A stretch of 64,000 nt of DNA, taken from Callorhinchus milii. Its lineage: Eukaryota. The notes under the pieces are model-generated. The model was not told the DNA's origin. It saw nothing but the letters and a program-made list of their open reading frames with translations, and did not search any database. The DNA is taken from contig NW_024704742.1 in assembly GCF_018977255.1 (NCBI RefSeq), positions 107,014,001 through 107,078,000 on the forward strand, read 5' to 3'. The number at the start of each line of letters is the position of its first letter. Within the stretch, counting starts at the first letter, position 1. The position numbers and the translations under genes are program-made. Shown here piece by piece: positions 40,622-52,882 of this stretch.

Positions 40622-42019
40622 TTCAAAAAGGAAGGTCATGCTTGACCAACCTCATTGAATTCTTTGAAGAGGTAACAGAAAGAGTAGACAAGGGTAATGT
40701 AATACATTTAGATTTACAAAAGGCGTTCGATAAGGTGCCACATAATAGACTAATGAATAAGGTCAGAGCATGTGGAGTCAGGTGAAAAATAGCAGAATGG
40801 ATAGCAAGGTGGCTACAAGACAGAAACAGAGAGTAGGGGTAAAGGGTAGCTACTCAGACTGGCAGGGGGTGGGCAGTGGTATTCCACAAGGATCGGTATT
40901 GGGAGCACTGTTGTTCACAATATACATTAATGATTTGGACTCGGGAATCAGCAGTACAATTTCACAATTTGCAGAAGACACCAAATTGGGGGGAGTAGTT
41001 AATACAGAGGAGGACTGCAGCAAACTACAGCAAGACATTAATAAAGTTGTTGAGTGGGCATTTGAATGGCAAATGTATTTCAATACAGAAAAGTGTGAGG
41101 TGATACATTTTGGGAGAAGGAATATGGAAGTAACATACATCCTGGAAAATAAAAACCTAAATGAGATAGAGGAGCAAAGGGTCCTAGGGGTATACATACA
41201 CAATTCACTAAAAGTAGCAACACAGGTTAATAAGGCCATAAAAAAGACAAACCAAAGGAGATTCACAAGGATGATCCCAGCACTGAGAGGTTATACCTAT
41301 CAGGAAAGGCTGAACACACTTGTACTCGTTTTTCTTGAAAAGAGGAGGGTAAGGGGTGACCTGATAGAGGTCTTTAAAATTATGAAAGGTTTTGATAGGG
41401 TAGACATAGGGAAGATGTTTCTATAGGAATATAGGAAATAGGAGCAGGAGTAGGCCATTCGGTCCCTCAAGCCTGCCCGCCATTCAATAAGATCATGGCT
41501 GATCTTCTAACCTAACTCCATCTGCCCGCCTTATCCCCATATCCCTTAATCCCTCTATCCTTTAGAAACCTATCAATCTCAGTCTTGAATATGTTCAAGG
41601 ACTGAGCATCTACAGCCTTCTGGGGTAGAGAATTCCATAAATTCACTACCCTCTGAGTGAAGAAGTGTTTCCTCAACTCTGTTTGAAAAGGCTGACCCTT
41701 AATCTTAAGACCAAAACCAGGGGCCATCAATACAAAATAGTCACAAATAGATCAAATAGTGAAGTTAAAAGAAATTTCTTCACACAGAGAGTAGTGGGAA
41801 TGTGGAACATGTTGCCACAAGGAGTTGTTGAGGCAAATAGCATAGATGTATTTAAGGGAAAGCTGGATATGTACATGAAGGAGAAAGGAATAGAAGGTTA
41901 TGCTTGAAGGCTTAGTTGAGGAAGGCAGGAGGAGGCTCATGTTGAGCATAAACATTGGCATTGATCAGTTGGGCTGAATGGCCTGTTTGTGTGCTGTATA
42001 TTCTAATGTATTCTAATGT
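40622..42019 (+). mobile_element. CR1 LINE, 5'-truncated RT and 3' UTR
   Basis: Encodes YLDLQKAFDKVPH-like, SGIPQGSVLG, FAEDTKLGG, WQMYFNTEKCEVIHFG, RGDLIEVFKI and FFTQRVV. Tail is (ATTCTAATGT)2. Confidence 0.94.
41423..41710 (-). mobile_element. Second CR1-family 3' fragment nested antisense inside the CR1
   Basis: The minus strand encodes FFTQRVVNLWNSLP...RGIKGYG, followed by GAATGGCCTACTCCTGCTCCTATTTCCTAT. Confidence 0.9.
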
Positions 42020-43286
42020 AAAACTAGGTGGAAATTTGAACCTACAGCCTTAAGAACGTTTCATATCACCGAGCAGTGCAGTCAGTGAGGTTGCAGATGC
42101 CCCTATCCTTTCTGGTTAGCCCGCATCATGTTCTAAATAAACGCTGGGCCACCCACAATGAGAGGAATGTTGCAGAGCCTAAACTTGGCATCAGCCACAA
42201 GATTAACTGAAGATTTGTTATTGAACATATTGGGCCCCAAGTCCCTCAGATCTAAACAACGAACATCTGATGATCACACCCAGTGAGGAAAGATTGTGTG
42301 CAATTGTCCCACACGCATATTTGTATGCATGAAAAAGATTTATTTCTCCCACCTGGAGTACTCATGAATTGAAGCTCTTCCACTGACAAAACGAATACTG
42401 TAAAACTACTTGTACATCAAACTATTTTTAGATTCTTTAATTTTAAACTAATTTATGAGAGTCTCAATTCTTTAATTGAATTGTGAGGAGGCTGTTATAA
42501 AATGATCAACAGCCACAAACTCCTTCCTTTCCTCCCTGCTCGATGATCCCCATGTCCTTGTGAAGCAATTTAAGACATTCAGCCCACCTGAAAGCGTTTC
42601 TGTTGTGATCAGTGTTGTAAGAATGGCTCAGTTTGACTTGATATCCAGGCTTTGCCTGTACTCAGTGTGACCCTGGCAGCTTAGTGAAAATGGCCATTTA
42701 TTTATTATATTATTGAATTATTGTAAAATGCAGTGACTGTGTTTTAAAGACAAACACGTCAACCAATTTGTGCACAGCAATATCCCACAAACACCCATGA
42801 AGTGAATGATCAATTTTATTTTGGGGATTGTTGACCAGGTCACTGGGAGAAACTCCTTTCACAGCATCAAGTTTCCCCCAGCCCCTAGCAATTTGTATAT
42901 AGTTTCTGATGGAGGACATTTAGATTTCGAGACCTATGCAAACAAAGGCAAGGAGGTGGCCAATTGTAGCGAGATATAATTTCACTCAGCAGCTATCAGA
43001 TCACGTAAGTGCTATAGGGAGGATTTAACACTTATCAGTTAATGCTTTGGGGACTGTGGAATTGTTTCTATATAAGAATAAAAATAGTCTGTGTGGTCTA
43101 GCATTCTTGGTATTATGAGTGGAGCATTTCTACCATCAATCAGAGGAATTGTGATTAAATCCAGCCTTGACTGCCATTTGAGCTTGACTGTTATCTCTGT
43201 GTAAGCTTTTCCTGTTCTTATCTGTTGCACAAGATAGAATGCTTTCTGTTAGTGGACTGCTCCATCTAATACAGGGGAGACAAACT

Positions 43287-43591
43287 AACTAATAATAATC
43301 CTTCCATTTAATATTGCGCTTTTCACGTCTTCTAGACGTCTCAAAGCGTTTCACAGAATATACTGTAAAGTGAATTAACTATATTTGTTGGCAAAACGCA
43401 GCAGCCAATTGTGCACAGCAGCGTCCCACAAACAGCTGTGGATTGAAGTGACCAATTTTTTTTTTTTCTTGAGCGATTATTATCAGGCGTGTGGAGTAAA
43501 GAAATTTGCCCAAGGTTTTCTTCTGCCGGTAATCAAACCCAGGTCTCTTGCTTGCGAGGCAAGTGCTCTAACCACTAAGCTACAGGACTCC
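43287..43591 (-). mobile_element. Full-length tRNA-derived Deu-SINE
   Basis: Head GGAGTCCTGTAGCTTAGTGGTTAGAGCAC on the minus strand, plus Deu core and tail. Confidence 0.9.
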
Positions 43592-46500
43592 TAAGTGTCA
43601 TGAGCTAATCAAGAGTAACCTTGACTGTGGCTGTGATAAGATTTATTCCCCCACCTTCAGTATGGAGAAAGTGACGGAGTGTTGGAAGTTGGAAGACCTT
43701 TAGATTAATAAATATAACACTTTAATCAGCTAAGATTTCCCAAGTTTAAACTGATCCAAATTACACTTTTATGAGTTACCTTCCTCTAACATCCTTTTGC
43801 CTCACTTCGTTCTTCCTGCCTCGAAAATACTTTCAAACCTTTTTTTATTGTACTTTTGGTCAATAACCTTAATTTTCCCTCCATTCTGCCTGCTTGATTT
43901 CTGTTCACCATTATTGTAAAGCACTTTGAGATGTTCACTGAGATGAAAGGTAATGTAAGATTGCAAGTTGCTTTGTGAATTAGAGGATACTTACTCATTC
44001 TGTTGAATAGAATTACATAGAATGTACAGCAGTGAAACAGGCCATTTGTCCCAGCTAGTCGTGAGGGTGTAACCTAATCTCCTAGATCGGATTTGCTAAC
44101 AGTTGGACCTGAACTGAAGCTGATTAGTTAATCTTCACAGACATTTTGTACATGACTTTCTGGTAAAATCCCACTTCCTTTCTGAGACTGACGGCAGTTG
44201 GCTGCAGATGTTCGCCTGGCTTAGTGAATATCGTCTCATCTCTGAAGTTCAGAAAGTTGTGGGTTCAAGCTCCAAGTTGGGAGTTTTATCTCCTAGACAC
44301 TCCAGTGGGAAAGAGTTGTATTGTGGGACCCACAGTCCTTTGGATATTAAACTGAGGTACTGCTGCCTGGATGTTGAATATCCAACCAACTTTGTCCGAG
44401 GCCACCCAGTGACATGCCTATCGGTTATCGATAATAATCATAGAGCTATTTTTTGGGTCAGCTGAGTGTCACACACGCCGAAATCTATCACCATGCTTAA
44501 GAAACCAAATCAAACAGAGCATCCCACCTCCACGTGGAAATTCCTGTGTATTGGAATGGAATGTGCATTCTCTCCTTGCATCCTGCTTACCTAAACCTGG
44601 AGAGACTGGCAAGAGGCAAGGCTTGGGGACTCCAGAGTGTGGGCTGGAAACCTACTGATTGAGTATTTTGTGATGTCTGGTTCATATTTGGTACCTAACT
44701 GAGATTCCAGAGTTGTCTGGATTGATCTTGAGTTCTATTTTTTCAGATTTTTCATTCAAAGAGCATGTAAGAGCATTTGATCTTTAGATTGATCAGACTT
44801 TTTATATTAGGGTGAATACATTACCTTTTCTGCTGCCTTGTGAGTGTGGTTTTGACTTCAGATTTAGAACCAACTAATTTCTGTGAATTCACAGGGTAGG
44901 CTGATATTTATGCCTACAATTTTCTAGGATATAATTTATAATGTAATTGAAGCACATTCTCACTTGGGATGGGAGCCAAGTTTAGTGGCCATCTGGGCAA
45001 TATCCTGATTCTCCAGATACAGTTCCAGATATTAAATTAAAGATATCACATTAATAGCTCACATGAAGTGTGTCTTCACCCCAGTTTGGAAATACTGAAA
45101 TATTTGCCGCGAGATTGTTTTAAAATTGTTAAATCATATGAATTCTGACCTTGTCTGTATCAGCTTGCAGTCATGCTGTTTAAAGATATTAATTTGGAAG
45201 CCAAGTGAAATACAAGTTCAATTTTAATAGATTCAAAGCCTTCTGCCTTACCTGAGGTTTACAGGATCTGAATTTTTTACAGAAAGCCTTGCATCCCAAC
45301 TAGACCAGCTATTTAACAACTATCTGCAGAAAGAGTTCTGTTTGGAGTTAAAAGCAACCAAAATGTCCACTAAAATGGACAAAAGCCGTCCCTCAGTGCA
45401 AATATCTCTAATTGTGCCTCTCTGTCAGTAATCTTTAGGTTATGTACATATGTTGAGAATTTTTTGTTATTCTTGTACTGAATGATTTTTTTTAAGTTAA
45501 CTCATTATATTGAACATGATCTTGCAATGATACTGATTGTGAAGTACAATAATAACACCATACGGTAATTATTTAATCAAAGGACATGCATTGTCCCATC
45601 TGTGCAATTTTGGGGTTGATAAAGGAAATTCTTAAATTTTATGTTTAAGTATGGAGGGTAACTCATCTCTGTGTCGTTTACAATTACTAACACATTGTCC
45701 TGCACAAGGGAGACTATTGTATTTTCCTTAAGGGTCAGACACTTGAATGACCAAACTGACCCAAAGATTTGGGTAATAGTTGCTAATAAATCTGAATCGA
45801 TCTAGATTTGAAAACAAAATTAGAAGGATCCATCAGTAATACGATAAAGGTTTTGGAGACCACAGTAACTTTAAAATAATTTGGATCACGTTTGGTTTGT
45901 GGCTTTTTAGCTGGATACAATCCAGGATTTCCACAAATGACATTTCCAATATTGTTTGAGCATAATAGATTTGAAGGTACTTAAGCTTTTAATATAATGT
46001 AGCATGGTGACTAATTGCTACAAGCATATAGGCCTAGGCCATTAATCTGAGGTTGCTGACAGCTCGTTTTCATACATCATTGCACTGCAGGCTGCAGTAT
46101 CCATGCAAACAGCTCTGCTCTTTAAATGGTGGTGAAAATAAAGTATCTTAACTTTTGATAATTTTAATCAGAAAGGAGGTGTGTGAATCCTCCACTTGGT
46201 CTTTTCTCTATACAATGTGGCAATGCTGGTTTACTTACCAAAAGGATTTTTATTATTGAACTAAAAACATTGCAGTTTGGTTCAACAATTATCGCTTGCT
46301 GATTTGGGTTTTCTAATTGATCTCACAGCATCGAATTTACAACATTTAGCTATTGTCATTTCAAATGGACTGCACAGAGACCTGATCTGACCTCAGTGTA
46401 GTCACATTGACAGCTTATGGTTTACTCCTCTCACTTTTCTTCTCCAATTTTCTTACCTATTTTCCCAATGGAACTGTAACTCCCTTTTCCTTCAATTTTC

Positions 46501-47825
46501 CTTCAATTTGGATAAACTCCACTATCACTGATTACCCTTCAGTGCAGTGGTCATTATTCATGCATGAGCCTTGCCTGACTGTTTTACCACACAAGGGTAG
46601 CATGCTCTATCCTGATGCTGTCCTCACCACACACAAACACACACACACACTTAATAATAATAATTCTTGCACTTGGCAAAGCGCCTTATCATGTCTCCAT
46701 AATGTCTCAAAGCGTTTCAGAGGATATAATTGTCCCACAAACATCCATGATGTGAATAACCAATTTTATTTGGGGATTGTTCCATTGGAGTGTCTTAGAT
46801 GATGTGATTCTAAGTCCTGACATGGGGCTTCAACCTGCAACATTCTGACTTGGAGGTAAGAGGGCTGCAATTGAGCCAGGCTGACACCCACACATATGCA
46901 TACCACATCCACACATTTGCACAAGTGCACACAAATACATAAACACATGCACACAAACATAAAATACATATCCACACACACAGGATATGTGAGTTAGTGA
47001 TCAAGTGTGGATGTTTTTCTCCTCCTTTCACTACTTCTCCGGAGTGAAAGCAATTGTGGTGCTACATGCTTCAGATCACGTAACTCAGCAGTAACTGGAA
47101 TTAGAACATGGGAGCTTCCCAGTAAGTGAGACTCAGTGACTCAGTGGATAAGCTCCCTGAGACATCGACAACAGCCCTAACTCAGCTTTTATCTAATAAT
47201 AGACCATGTTTAATAATTGAGTTCTTAAGATCACAAAGGCCTTCGGCTTTTTTTTTCAAAACCCGAAGTTGGATTCGAAATAAGCCCAAATGAAACAGAT
47301 CCTGAATGAAACCCAGCTTTTGTACCAGTAGAAAATTACAGACCATCCACACTTGTGGTTTTCAGAAGAGCAGGGTGTTCAAGATCCACATACACTCTGG
47401 TACGTTTACAAAAAAATCATTCTTTACTGAGGGAGAGGAGCATTCATTGAATACTTTGTGTACACTTGTGAAAGAGTTAGCAATTACAATTTAATGTGGT
47501 AGGTAATTAACGATTGGAAAGGGTGGATGAGGCTTGACCCTGGACTCACTTAAGGAACAGCTTGATGCTACAATCAGAAGAATGTAGAGCAGGTACTCTG
47601 GAAAGATGAGAAAAAATGGGCTTTCTTTATCCGTCTCTTTCTTGTGATTCTTGCAATCTTATGAAAAGGGAGGCATGGACTGCAATGGGTCAATATAGCA
47701 ACAGGGAAGCAAAGAAAGTGGCAGGACAAGAAACATGTCATTTGAAAGGTACTGCTTGAAAGAAGAGAAGTAGCTTCCTTTACAGCGTGTCCAGTGTAGA
47801 AAGTAGCACACGACTGGTGAATTGT

Positions 47826-48512
47826 GTAGTCCTGTACAGTAGTGTTAGAGGACTCGCAAGCGAGAGGATCTAGATTTGATTCCTGGGTGGGCCAAAAACT
47901 TAGACAAATTTCTTTACTCCACATGTCTCTGTTTACCTACCAGTAAATAGGAATCCAGTTGATAGTCGATTTGTGGATCACTTTTGGGAGTATTAATCCC
48001 TCAAAAAAATATGTGGTCACTCAATCCATGACAGATTGTGGTCACTGCTGTGCACAATTGGCTGCTGTGTTTTGCCCACAAAATGCACCCTCAATCCACT
48101 TTACAGTATATCCTGCATAGTGCTTTGAGACATCTCAACGACGTGATAAGAAGCTATAATAATAATAATAATAATAATCCTTGCATTTGATATAGCGCTT
48201 TTCACGTCGGGAGGACGTCCCAAAGCGCTTCACAGAATAGACTGTAAAGTGAATTGACTGTATATTTGTGGGCGAATGCGGCAGCCAATTGCGCACAGCA
48301 ATGTCCCACAAACAGTCGTAGATTGAAAATGACCAATTTATTATTGTTTTTGGTATGGGAGGGATTATTATGAGGCGTGTAGAGTAAGGAAACTTGCCCA
48401 AGGTTTCGCCCTCTGCCTGGAATTGAACTCAGATCTCTCACTTGCAAAGCGAGTGCTCTAACCACTGAGCTACAGGACTCCACGCTATATCAAATGCAAG
48501 GATTAATATTAT
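47826..48512 (+). mobile_element. Older long-subtype Deu-SINE hosting a younger antisense SINE
   Basis: Decayed tRNA head at 47826. The tail is broken at GCTATA and resumes at 48484. Confidence 0.85.
48159..48483 (-). mobile_element. Young full-length Deu-SINE with a 6-bp TSD (GCTATA)
   Basis: Near-identical to 57226-57547. GCTATA occurs at 48153-48158 and 48484-48489. Confidence 0.93.
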
Positions 48513-51500
48513 TATTGCTGTTGGTAAGGCGAGTTTACTGAGTCTGGCGTTGCTTGAGACGAGTACTAGCATGATTGCTGCTGCACACAACTGGAGTATA
48601 TAATCATCTTTGTGTGTTTCTCAGTTTTCACGCATGACTCTCAATGTTATGGTAATGCCTGGCCAAGTTTCAGTGCATTGCTGTTTTCCTCATTTGTCAG
48701 CTGACATTTTATTTTCCCCTTCTGGTTGAAATAGCTACGATCTAATTTTAAATTCGACTCTGCTGAAAAAAGTCAGAAGAAAAAATAAATTGCTTCTCCA
48801 GTGTACGACACATTTCTACACGTTTGTCATTTTGCAATATGTGCATCCTGAAAAAATGTAACAGCCTCAAGATAGAAATAATAAATTAACCAGTTGCAGT
48901 TTTCATCCGTGATGGTATGGGATTTGGTTGGCAGTCCTCTGCTCTTTCATAATAGATTTCTTAATAGTACTGGAAGGTGCTTCATTAAAAACAGATCCCC
49001 ATGTGTGTGGTGCTATCATCCTGAATCGTAAAAATGTGTGTTGACATGAATAACTGTGGTCTCTAGTAATTGTAGCTTTTTAGTTGAAACAGCAGTTATG
49101 GATTTTTCACTTATTTTTCACAAATTAATATTTATCTGCAAGTACTAGGGACAAAATAATAGTGGGCTAGACTGAAGTTTTAACTCTAAAGATGATGATT
49201 AATGGCATTGCCTTTTTTATTGTTAGTGACTTTATTCCCTGAGGTATATCAAAAAAATAAAGGGGAAAACGCTCAAAAATGGGATTAATGAAATAGAGCA
49301 ACGTAAAAATATAGATGCAGCAGTAAAATAGACTTGCTAGCCTGACTTTGTGTCAAAAATTATTTGTTTATGATAACAGCTGTAAAATGTATAGACAATT
49401 AATATGATCAGTTAGAATAGATAGCCCTTCCCATTCCAAACTTTGAGTACTTGCATTGCATCCTGTGGCTAATACTGTAATTATATCAGTGCTTCTTTTC
49501 ATCCAAATGCCAGAGTAATCTAAACAGTCCTGTAATATTTCTGTCTATCACACATGTTATGGATTGTTTGCAACGCAAAAGGTGATTTACTGTAAACTGA
49601 ATGATCATTAATTTACAGTGTCTTACCTAAGTATTTGGTGGGTGTGTATGGAATAACAAATCATTTAAACACAGACACCTTGAGTACTTGCGTCCCTTCT
49701 CAGTAATTGTTTTTATCAGTGATTTAAAATTTGGAACATAAATAATTAATTTAGTGGCAGACCTGCCAAAAGCATCATCCCAAATGAGTAGCTTCATTTA
49801 GAGTTAATGATACTGACAAATGGATCTATTTTTTAACAGACAGAACCATTCTGCTCCTTCCATTTCCATAATAGAGATGAGTCATCAGACTCCTGGTTAA
49901 CATTTATCTTCTTACAGCGGGGCTTTGAGATAGGGAGCGTTAGTGGTGTAGGGGAAAAAATCACACCACATATGCCAGTAACTCTATGAAGGATCAGGTG
50001 GGTAATGTCAGTGGTTATTACGCATGCTGTGTTTTGGGTTCAAGTAACAAGTCCACATGGAAATTTTATTATTTTAGCAGTTTCTCTAGTGAAATTCTTA
50101 AGTTACGGTTAAAGCTACTCTGCTGTCTAAAAATGACCAGCCTGATCCCTTCTGCGAGTTGTGAACGACAATCTACCTACTTGACAGGCTGGAACATCTT
50201 TTCCTTCAAACACATAAACTGACAAACATAGAAGAAATGGGGTCGGAGTGGCTGTGAGGTGTGTTGATGTGTACTCTGAAAGCTCAAAAATTAGGAATGA
50301 TTTAAAATAATAATAATACTTGCATTTGATACAGCGCCTTATCACATTATCGAGACTTTTTAAATCACTTCCCAAGAATTATTGTAAAGTGAAGTGACTA
50401 TGTATTTTGTAGATGAACGCAACAGAGAATTTGTACACAGCAATGTCCCACAAACAGCTATGAAGTGAATGACAAGTATTATTTGGGGGATTGTTGGCCA
50501 GGATACTGGGGTACACTCCCCTCTCCTTACGAATAGTGCCAAGGCATCTTTAACATCCACCTGAACACCTTTAATAAAACGTTATTTTAGCCCAAAGTCA
50601 CTGATTTCCAAAATGTTGCTTTGGGAGAAAAACTAACATTTAAGATGGTGCAAAGCCTTTTTTTGCTCATTTGTGTGATTGATTTCAACCTTTTGAAGAT
50701 TGCTATAGAGATTTGGCTACATAATGCTGGTTTAATCAATCGAGTACTGTGAATGTGCATATGCTTTGTAGTTTTGTGGCTTCTGTTCTGGATTGCCATA
50801 AAGAAAATAGAAAGAAGCTTCTTCCATGCCAATAATCATCCAAATAAAAGGTTGGTCATTTGCTTCATGGCTGTTTGTAGGATGTTGCTGTGCACAGATT
50901 GGCAGCCGTGTTCTTCCGTAGGGTGCCTGATCACTGCACTTTGCACTAAATCCTGTGAAGCACTTTGAGACATTAATATTAGAAGGCACCCAGGTTTCAC
51001 TGGTCCCTGTAACCCAGTAGATTGTTCTCATATCCCTTCACAGTCACTTTCCTCCTTACACAATGTCCTCCCTGCACAATCTATTCTAATCCTATTCTGC
51101 TGCCTGTTCCTTCTACTCTTTCAATTTTGCATTGTTGATTCTCCTCATTCCTATTGGTGATCAAACCTTCTGTTACTGCCACTGAAACTCTCTTCCAAAA
51201 CCTCTTTGCTATCATTTCCCTCTCACATCCTTCAAATTGTTTGAGGGGATTTGGGAGGAATTGCAACCGAATAAAGTTTTCTGATTTTAAACAAAGATGC
51301 TATGATGGAGAAAAGGCCAGTACTGTATAGCAGTGTAATGAGGAAAAGGAAAGCTTTGCACTCTGAATTCTCAGGTTAAAATTGACTAGGCATTTACAGT
51401 GTGCAAAGTGTACAATGCAGCTGTACCAGTTTCAAATCATTTTACAAGGCTGTGGCCACACTTCAGAATCTGTGTAATTATCGATTACAGCTGCCTGAAT

Positions 51501-52197
51501 AGCTTCAATTTTAGCTCAATTTCCCATTGAAAGATTTGGGATGTGGAGGTTCACAATCTTCAACACATTGCAGACAATACAGCCATTGACTCTATATTAG
51601 GACAGTCTTACTGTCCTTGCCAGGCTGCAGTGTGTAAATAGGTTTCCCATTAGATGAACAGGATTAGAGAAGCTACCAGAAATACTGAGGAGATGTTTGT
51701 TAAAAGTAAATCAATAACAGGCAGTGAATAAAGTACGACATTTCAATGGAGCTGAATTTGAGGCAAGGAATAAAGAGGATGTTTCATTAGAGCTGGATTT
51801 AATTTTAATGTTACAAAAAATGATAGCATGAAACTTAAAACAGTTTCATGGAGACATGATCTTTATAGTTGTTGTTCCCTTGAAATTAAATAATGGAAAA
51901 AAATTAAACTTAAAGGTAGCCGTAAAGATTTTTTTATCACGTGAGGTGATAACTGTGCGCTCTGACAAGGGACTTTTCTCAATTAGCACTGAGCACTGGA
52001 ACGAACTCCAGCTGCTGCCAGAAGTTTATTTAGCGCTTCATACCACAAGTGATCTATCTGCACATCAAGATCTCAATAGCTCACTGAGCTGACTGACCAC
52101 AGCAAGCCACCTTATAAATCTCTTCCTCAAAATATATTACTGACTTATAATAGCAGTCAGACAAAGTGATACCACCTACAAATCTATCTCTCATTAC

Positions 52198-52882
52198 TAC
52201 AACAACAACAACAAGATTTCATTTATAGAGCGCCTTTCACGTCGGGAGGACGTCCCAAGGCGCTGTACAGTTGGGTCAGGACCCGAGCAGGGGGGAAATG
52301 GTCAGGGTGAGGGGAGGGAAGAGAGGGAGCGAGGAGGGGGTAGAGAGTCGAGAGGGGAGCTGAAGGCACGGTCGAAGAGAAAGGTCTTGAGACCGGCCTT
52401 GAAGGAGGAAAGGGAGGAGGCGGCGAAGGCACTGGGGGATAGAGTTCCAGAGCCTTGGGGCTGAGAGGCTGAAGACCCGGCCACCGATGGTAGGGCGGTT
52501 GGGGCGGGGGATGTGGAGCAGACCGGAGCCAGAGGAACGGAGGGTATGGGCAGGTAGGTAGGGGGATAGTAGGTCAGAGAGGTAGGAGGGAGCAAAGCCG
52601 TGAATGGCCTTGTAGGTGAGGATGAGGATCTTGAAATCAATCCTCTGGGGGATGGGGAGCCAGTGGAGGCGAGCGAGGGTGGGAGTGATGTGGTCGCGAA
52701 GTCTGGTGCGGGACAGTACATGAGCTGCAGAGTTCTGAATGACCTGCAGCTTGTGGAGGGAGGTGCCGGGAAGGCCGGCGAGGAGAGAGTTCCCATAGTC
52801 CAGCCTTGAGGTGATGAAGGCGTGGACCAGAGTTTCAGCAGCCTGAGGGGTGAGGTCGTGCCGTAGTCTGGCGATATTTTGG
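52198..52882 (-). mobile_element. Relatively young L2 3' fragment
   Basis: CpG-rich, encodes the ORF2 C-terminal region, and has the tail GGGACGTCCTCCCGACGTGAAAGGCGCT...(GTT)n. Confidence 0.92.
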
